Shown here: in pieces, positions 7,438 to 12,482 of the stretch
Layout: the number at the start of each line of letters is the position of its first letter
How positions within the stretch are numbered: the first letter of the stretch is position 1
From: Candidatus Woesearchaeota archaeon
GTDB lineage: Archaea > Nanobdellota > Nanobdellia > Woesearchaeales > GW2011-AR15
NCBI GenBank assembly: GCA_038874655.1
Contig: JAVZBY010000008.1
Span: forward strand, 31,229-43,710
Direction of reading: 5' to 3'
DNA length: 12,482 nucleotides
Program-made: the position numbers and the translations under genes
Notes under the pieces: generated by a model
What the model was told of the DNA's origin: nothing
The model's database searches: none
What the model saw: only the letters and a program-made list of their open reading frames with translations

Positions 7438-7527
7438 TGGGACCGCCCGGACTTTCGTTTTTTTGATTTCGAACCGGGGTTACTACCACCCCAAGGTAAT
7501 GTGATAGCCAAGCTACACTACGGCCCC
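7438..7527 (-). tRNA. tRNA-Pro(GGG) with a 16-nt intron at position 59/60; CCA not encoded
   Basis: Minus strand reads GGGGCCG TA GTG TAGCTTGGCTAT CAC A TTACC TT-GGG-GT GGTAG TAAC CCCGG TTCGAA[ATCAAAAAAACGAAAG]T CCGGG CGGTCCC A. Confidence 0.93.
7452..7467 (-). other. Non-canonical tRNA intron (59/60) with BHB motif
   Basis: The outer helix is the T stem, the central helix is TTCG/CGAA, and the bulges are AA^A and AG^T. Excision gives the canonical T loop TTCGAAT. Confidence 0.85.
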
Positions 7528-7568
7528 ATTTTTTAGAGTTTTATAAAAATTTGAAATAGAATAAATAT

Positions 7569-10500
7569 TTAATCTTTATGATGTGTTTCAATGTAGATTA
7601 TTATTGATATTAAACCTATAATAAAGATTGTTCCTTCTAAAAAGGTTAGTTTTTTTGGTTCTTTTTCTGTTGGTAGGTTTTTTATTCTTTTAGCAATAGG
7701 CAATAATTTTATTTGTTTTAAACATTCTTCAGATATTTTTTTGTTTGCTTTAAGGTTAAGTTCAAAATCTTTTTCAATGTTTGTTAAGTGCCATGCTATT
7801 ATGGGGTCTTCTTTAATAACTTCATATTCTTTTAATTCAATGTCTAATTCTTTTACATAATTTGCTAGGCATTTTGGTATTTCTAAATAAACTGTTAAGT
7901 TATCAACTTTTTCTTTTGGTTTTATTGTGTTTATTATTTTTGTTTGATTTTCTTCTATGTTGTAGTTTATAGAGCTTTCAATTATCTTTTTTGTGTTTTC
8001 TGCATTTATTAAATCGTTTTTGTTTAATGCTATATCAGTAATAAGTTCGTTTTTTATTGTTATGTTTGTGCAATTATTTTTTTTTATTATGATTTTTTTT
8101 TCTTGGAATATGTTATCACAAATGATTTTTAAGAAATGTTCTCCTGTTGATAGTGTGATTAGTTTTTCAGAGTAAGGATAATTTGTGTTGTCCAATGAAA
8201 TAAGGCAGTTTTCAGGATAATTATAATCAATTTTTATTTTAATTGATTTTGTATTTGAACATGTTTCTAGGTAGTTTTCTGGTTCAAGAATGTTAAAATT
8301 ACTAGGACATAATGCATTACATTGTTGCCATTTGAAGTTTTTACATTCTTGGTAACCATTTACAGAAGGACATTCTGGTTTTATGCAAGATCTTTTTTGA
8401 TTTTCATCTCTACAGCATTCTGCTAATTCATCTATTTGATTATTACAATTGTTATCTAGACCATCACATATTTCTTCTTGAGGATATATAGAGTTTTCAC
8501 ATTGACCCCATTGTCCATTAATGCATGTTTGTATTCCATATTTACAGATTCCTATGTCATTAAATCCACAAATTTTAGTTGAGCCAGTTTGACATGGACA
8601 GTTTTCATCAATATTGCCATCGCAATTATTATCTAATCCATCACATATTTCTTCAGTTGGTTTTAGATTTTTATCTGATTCAATATAGTTTCCATTTACA
8701 CAAATTAAAGTGTTGTTAGAACATATTCCTTTTTCGTTTTTTGAAATGATTAAATTTTCATCAATTAAACCATCGCAATCATTATCTATGTTATCGCATT
8801 TTGTTTCATTTTGCTCATAATCTGGGCATACTAAATTTCCATTTATACATTGAGCATTTTGATTGCACGCACTTTTTATGTTGTTGGATAAAGAGATTAT
8901 TGAGTTAATTTGCAGTATTTCTGAACATTTTTTTGTTTCTTTTATGTTGTTATCAATGAAACCATCGCAATCATTATCTTTGCCATCACAAATTTCGTCT
9001 TTTGGAATAGGACAGCCTTGCCAAATTCCATTTACACATGTTGCTTTTCCAATTGAACATTCTCCTAATAAAAATAATTCATTGCAATTTTTTGTTTGAT
9101 CATTAATGCAATTGCAGTTTTCATCTATTAAGTTATTGCAGTTGTTATCTTTTCCATCACATATTTCAGTTTCAATTTTACATTCGCAGCCATTATTTAT
9201 ATTTAAGTCTAAATCAGCATAACCTTCTATACATTTATTCTGGCAAACTAATCTGTTATTTTCAATAAAAGATAAACAATCTTCATCATTGCAATCTGTT
9301 TTTGAATCGCAATCATCATCTTTGTTGTTGTTGCATATTTCATTTTTTGGCAAAGGACAACCTATCCATTGGTTGTTTTGACATGTTGCATTTCCAATTG
9401 AACATTCTCCAAAAAACAAATCAGAACATTTTTTTTTAAATCCAGAAACACAATTACAACCCTCATCAATCTGAGAATTGCAATTATTATCAATTCCATC
9501 ACATGATTCTATTGCTGTTGGATAAACATATGGATTATTGTCGTTGCAATCTCCTTCAATATCAAACCATTTATCATTGTCATTATCATTTCCAATATTA
9601 AAAGTAGTGCTTACTGTTGTAGTTATTCCTTTATTATCGCAAATAGATGTTTGCCCTGTTGATGTTTCTGTTAATTCTGCAATAAATCTTCCAGGTTTTG
9701 CAGAATCCCATTGAACAGTAAAGGGTATAGGTGTATTATATTGATAGTTTTTGGGCAAAGTTCCAGTTTTTGTTGCAATAACTTGATTATTAGATTGATT
9801 AATTATTCTTAAAGTATAACTAGTATCGAAAAATGTTTCACTAACTAAATTTCCTTTTGTATCACAATTAGTTCCAGTAGTGCTCCAATCTTGATAAGAA
9901 TTTAACTTTTTTCCTGAAAACACTACAGGCTGATTTAAAACAAAATTAGTTGTATCTAATTTAAAATTTTCAACATTTGCAATACAGCCGTCAAATGACT
10001 CTGCTATATACACATTAAAAGTTTTAGAAACAGGAATCATTGTGCTTTGATCACATTTAGGATCTGGAACACTAGAGGTCATTGTTATTATATAATTACC
10101 TGGTTCTGTGTTCTTTGTTGTTTGCCATGTGAATCTAAAAGGATATGATGTTCCAGAATAAATGCCAAACTCTTTTTGCTGTGGAAAACCTAAAACTGAT
10201 GCACTTGAACCTTGTTTCTTTATATCAACAACCATTCTAGTAGTAACATTACGCCAAGGTTTTAATTCTTCTGGAAAATAAATATTTGCAGGATTTGGTG
10301 TAAAAGCACTTGCAGTCTCAGCATCTAAATTTGTGTCTGTTAAAATGGTTAATGGTAATCCTTGCTCTGCGCAACTACTTATGCTCGGTGTAAAATCGGA
10401 TTTGCAGTTGTCTTGCTTATCAAAAATTACTTTTTCTGATGGATATGTGTAAGTTGAATAATAACATGAATAAGTATAAGGTCTTCTAAAACGAAATCTA

Positions 10501-10805
10501 TAATTATTAACAGCATAATAACTAATATATCCATAACTAGTTTCCATACAATCTGGATAGATTAAAGTTAAAGAATTGGAGGATGTTGTTATAGGATTGG
10601 GAACAAACAAATTAGAAATAGGATTTAATTTTACACTTGTACATTCTTGATTTGAACAACTATACCATATAGCCCAAACACTATTTATTTGCTTGTTATC
10701 TTCTGTCTCAAAAGTTAAAGGATAAATTAGTTTTGAATGAACAAAAACTAAATTCAATATTAAAATAACAATAAATAAGATTAGTTTTAATTTTTTAAAA
10801 AACAT
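7569..10805 (-). CDS. Large secreted, C-terminally membrane-anchored Cys/Asp-rich surface protein with MopE-related putative metal-binding repeats
   Basis: N-terminal signal peptide, beta-rich Thr/Ser N-terminal half, seven E-x-C-D-G-x-D-N-x-C-x-x-x-I-D-E-type motifs, and a C-terminal TM helix (GTIFIIGLISIIIYI). Confidence 0.85.
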   Translation of the reverse strand: MFFKKLKLILFIVILILNLVFVHSKLIYPLTFETEDNKQINSVWAIWYSCSNQECTSVKLNPISNLFVPNPITTSSNSLTLIYPDCMETSYGYISYYAVNNYRFRFRRPYTYSCYYSTYTYPSEKVIFDKQDNCKSDFTPSISSCAEQGLPLTILTDTNLDAETASAFTPNPANIYFPEELKPWRNVTTRMVVDIKKQGSSASVLGFPQQKEFGIYSGTSYPFRFTWQTTKNTEPGNYIITMTSSVPDPKCDQSTMIPVSKTFNVYIAESFDGCIANVENFKLDTTNFVLNQPVVFSGKKLNSYQDWSTTGTNCDTKGNLVSETFFDTSYTLRIINQSNNQVIATKTGTLPKNYQYNTPIPFTVQWDSAKPGRFIAELTETSTGQTSICDNKGITTTVSTTFNIGNDNDNDKWFDIEGDCNDNNPYVYPTAIESCDGIDNNCNSQIDEGCNCVSGFKKKCSDLFFGECSIGNATCQNNQWIGCPLPKNEICNNNKDDDCDSKTDCNDEDCLSFIENNRLVCQNKCIEGYADLDLNINNGCECKIETEICDGKDNNCNNLIDENCNCINDQTKNCNELFLLGECSIGKATCVNGIWQGCPIPKDEICDGKDNDCDGFIDNNIKETKKCSEILQINSIISLSNNIKSACNQNAQCINGNLVCPDYEQNETKCDNIDNDCDGLIDENLIISKNEKGICSNNTLICVNGNYIESDKNLKPTEEICDGLDNNCDGNIDENCPCQTGSTKICGFNDIGICKYGIQTCINGQWGQCENSIYPQEEICDGLDNNCNNQIDELAECCRDENQKRSCIKPECPSVNGYQECKNFKWQQCNALCPSNFNILEPENYLETCSNTKSIKIKIDYNYPENCLISLDNTNYPYSEKLITLSTGEHFLKIICDNIFQEKKIIIKKNNCTNITIKNELITDIALNKNDLINAENTKKIIESSINYNIEENQTKIINTIKPKEKVDNLTVYLEIPKCLANYVKELDIELKEYEVIKEDPIIAWHLTNIEKDFELNLKANKKISEECLKQIKLLPIAKRIKNLPTEKEPKKLTFLEGTIFIIGLISIIIYIETHHKD
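8427..9587 (-). repeat. Intragenic array of Cys/Asp-rich motifs (Cu-binding_MopE-like)
   Basis: ESCDGIDNNCNSQIDE, EICNNNKDDDCD, EICDGKDNNCNNLIDE, EICDGKDNDCDGFID, TKCDNIDNDCDGLIDE, EICDGLDNNCDGNIDE and EICDGLDNNCNNQIDE. A DNA repeat is 29/30 identical between 9036..9065 and 9381..9410. Confidence 0.85.
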
Positions 10806-10865
10806 AATGTTCTATAAACAATTTAATTATATAAAATTTACTTTTTAAATCAATTAAAAAGTTCA

Positions 10866-11612
10866 TTAACTTCCTGGTTCAGTTGTAGGTTGAGGTGGTG
10901 GTGGAGGTGGCAGTGTAGGTTCAGTTGTAGGCTGTCCTGGCTGCCCTGGATTCTGTCCTGGATTTCCATCATTACCACTATCAGAATTACCACTAGAGCC
11001 AGGTGTTGGAGTTGATTTAGGTGCTTGGAAAGAAAAAATTAACCTTATGACATCACCATTAGGACCAACAATTTTTAATTTTGCATCACTTTGAGAATTA
11101 GTTAAATTCCAAGGGTTCCATTTTTGTGATGCAGGCAATTCATAATTACCTGTTTTTTGGTTATAAACTAACTCATAAGAGCCATTATCTCCTTGTAATA
11201 TATATTTTCCATTGCTTAAAAAAGGCAAATTTAAAACTAAAGTATGATAACCTGGAAACCATTTAAAAGTAGTTTGCTCATTTGTATCAATAACACCATC
11301 ATCTATTACATAAAGTGATTGTGCCTTTTCGTCTAAAGAAACCATGATTTCTAATTGTGATAGTTGTGTTGCTGTTATTGTTGCGGTAGGTGGATTTTGA
11401 GTTGGTGTATAACTTGGCAAAGTTCTAGGTGTGTAAGTTTGAGGTTGGAAAGGAGTTGCTGTTCCTGTTGGTTCATATGTTTGTGTTATAGGAGGTTGTC
11501 TATTTGTCAGCTCAACATGACCTTGTGCATTATTTCTTGGCGTGCATGCTGATAAAACCATAGTTGTAGCAACAACTGCACTTGCAAGTGAATAATACAA
11601 ACCTTTTGCCAT
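10866..11612 (-). CDS. Putative lipoprotein with Pro/Thr-rich linker and Gly/Pro/Gln-rich tail
   Basis: Signal peptide ending in the lipobox-like LSA-C (Cys23), PT-rich region (PTGTATPFQPQTYTPRTLPSYTPT), a central beta-rich domain of about 110 aa, and a tail with PGQ repeats, poly-Pro and QPTTEP x2. Confidence 0.75.
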   Translation of the reverse strand: MAKGLYYSLASAVVATTMVLSACTPRNNAQGHVELTNRQPPITQTYEPTGTATPFQPQTYTPRTLPSYTPTQNPPTATITATQLSQLEIMVSLDEKAQSLYVIDDGVIDTNEQTTFKWFPGYHTLVLNLPFLSNGKYILQGDNGSYELVYNQKTGNYELPASQKWNPWNLTNSQSDAKLKIVGPNGDVIRLIFSFQAPKSTPTPGSSGNSDSGNDGNPGQNPGQPGQPTTEPTLPPPPPPQPTTEPGS

Positions 11613-11675
11613 TTTATTTACTACTTAGTAGTTTTTATTTATAAATATTTCGATTTTTTGTATGAAAAAAGAAAG

Positions 11676-11707
11676 ATTTATATATAATTTATATATAATT
11701 TTTATAT
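11676..11707 (+). promoter_or_regulatory. TATA region with tandem 11-bp repeats, candidate RHH autoregulatory operator
   Basis: ATTTATATATA at 11676..11686 and 11687..11697, plus a degenerate third copy running into ATG 11708. Purine-rich BRE-like AAAAGAAAG lies directly upstream. Confidence 0.5.
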
Positions 11708-11944
11708 ATGAAAGAAATGATATCTCTAACATTAGAAGAAAATTTTTTAAAAGAAATAGATGAGATAGTAAAGACTTATAATTTTAGTAGTAGAACAGAA
11801 TTGATTAGAGCAGCATTAAGAGAAAAAATAGAGGAGTTAAAATTAAAAAATTCTATTATAGCTATATCTAAGTTAAAGGGTATTTCGAAAAAAAAAACGA
11901 CAGAAGAAGATTTAGAAAAAATTAGAGAACTTATTTTTAAATAA
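11708..11944 (+). CDS. CopG/ribbon-helix-helix DNA-binding protein, putative VapB-type antitoxin
   Basis: MISLTLEENFLKEIDEIVKTYNFSSRTELIRAALRE is a typical RHH (NikR-N/CopG) pattern. The protein is 78 aa and adjacent to a PIN gene. Confidence 0.85.
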   Translation: MKEMISLTLEENFLKEIDEIVKTYNFSSRTELIRAALREKIEELKLKNSIIAISKLKGISKKKTTEEDLEKIRELIFK

Positions 11945-12347
11945 TTTCTTCTGGTTTATATGATTTAACTATGTCTTTTAATTCTTTAAAATGTTTATCT
12001 CTTGTAATTAAAATTAAGTTATTATCTCTTGCAACTATAGCATGTAGAGCATCGCCTTTTGGAATATTTCTTTGTTCAGCAATAATTTTAGCTTCATCTT
12101 TTTGTTTATCATTAACATAAACAATTTCTAAAAATTCTTTAAATGGAAATAGCATACCTCTTATTTCTTCTAAGCCATAATTAACCTGCAATTCTTTTTG
12201 TATAAAATCAGTTATAACTATTTTATTTTTTTCTAATATAATTTTTTTAAATAATTCAAATGCATAATCTCCTAAAGGTTCATTTTTATAACCTTTTCTA
12301 TTTTCATATAAATCTATCCAAATAGAGGTATCAATTAGATAATTCAT
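11937..12347 (-). CDS. vapC: PIN-domain ribonuclease, VapC-type toxin
   Basis: YLIDTSIWID, KEL, GDALHAIVA and LITRDKHF contain the conserved acidic PIN active-site residues. Confidence 0.9.
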   Translation of the reverse strand: MNYLIDTSIWIDLYENRKGYKNEPLGDYAFELFKKIILEKNKIVITDFIQKELQVNYGLEEIRGMLFPFKEFLEIVYVNDKQKDEAKIIAEQRNIPKGDALHAIVARDNNLILITRDKHFKELKDIVKSYKPEEII

Positions 12348-12421
12348 TTTTAATTAATTTTATTCTAATTTTTATAAATCTTGATTGTATGAACAATCTC
12401 TAAGCATTTTATTTTTTTACT

Positions 12422-12481
12422 CTATTTACAAATAGAGGGAATATCAGGTGTTCTATCAACACCATCACAATTTTGATCAAC
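12422..12481 (-). CDS. 3' end of a second protein with a MopE-like motif (start lies beyond the window)
   Basis: The minus-strand frame reads VDQNCDGVDRTPDIPSICK* (TAG at 12424..12422). DQNCDGVD matches the D-x-N-C-D-G-x-D motif. Confidence 0.6.
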   Translation of the reverse strand, partial: VDQNCDGVDRTPDIPSICK

Positions 12482-12482
12482 A

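Noticed and set aside
7993-8175. 60-aa + strand hydrophobic ORF
   Set aside because: Antisense shadow of an A-rich part of the 1078-aa gene.
8863-9099. 78-aa + strand ORF
   Set aside because: Antisense to the Cys-rich repeats, with no independent support.
8427-9587. Recurring DNA words (e.g. CCATCACATATTTC) suggesting a CRISPR array or DGR TR/VR pair
   Set aside because: Spacing is irregular and long, the repeats are in frame and explained by protein motifs, and there is no cas or reverse transcriptase gene in the window.
10870-11030. Locally high GC as evidence of foreign DNA
   Set aside because: Explained by Pro/Gly/Gln codons; third positions remain mostly A/T.
11364-11552. 62-aa Cys-rich + strand ORF
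   Set aside because: The Cys codons come from the reverse complement of the lipoprotein's Thr/Ala codons (ACA/GCA).
12420-12437. Hairpin CTCTATT-TACA-AATAGAG over a stop codon as a terminator
   Set aside because: Weak AT-rich stem followed by an A-run rather than a U-run on the coding strand.

Overview
Very AT-rich archaeal chromosomal segment. The gene set, archaeal-type GluRS, TATA-box promoters with apparently leaderless starts, GGTGA ribosome-binding sites and BHB tRNA introns fit a DPANN lineage such as Woesearchaeota (taxonomy is inference). The left part is mostly housekeeping: the 3' end of a possible pentein (amidinotransferase-like) enzyme, gltX, an unlisted 53-aa histone-fold gene, two coiled-coil hypotheticals, pyrH, a single-pass membrane protein and an AI-2E transporter. 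The centre holds two convergent tRNA genes, Ser(UGA) and Pro(GGG), each interrupted by a non-canonical T-arm intron (53/54 and 59/60) with a BHB-type splice motif. The right part looks accessory: a 1078-aa Cys/Asp-rich surface protein with seven MopE-like motifs, a Pro/Thr-rich lipoprotein, a tail-to-tail RHH + PIN pair, and the 3' end of a second MopE-motif protein.
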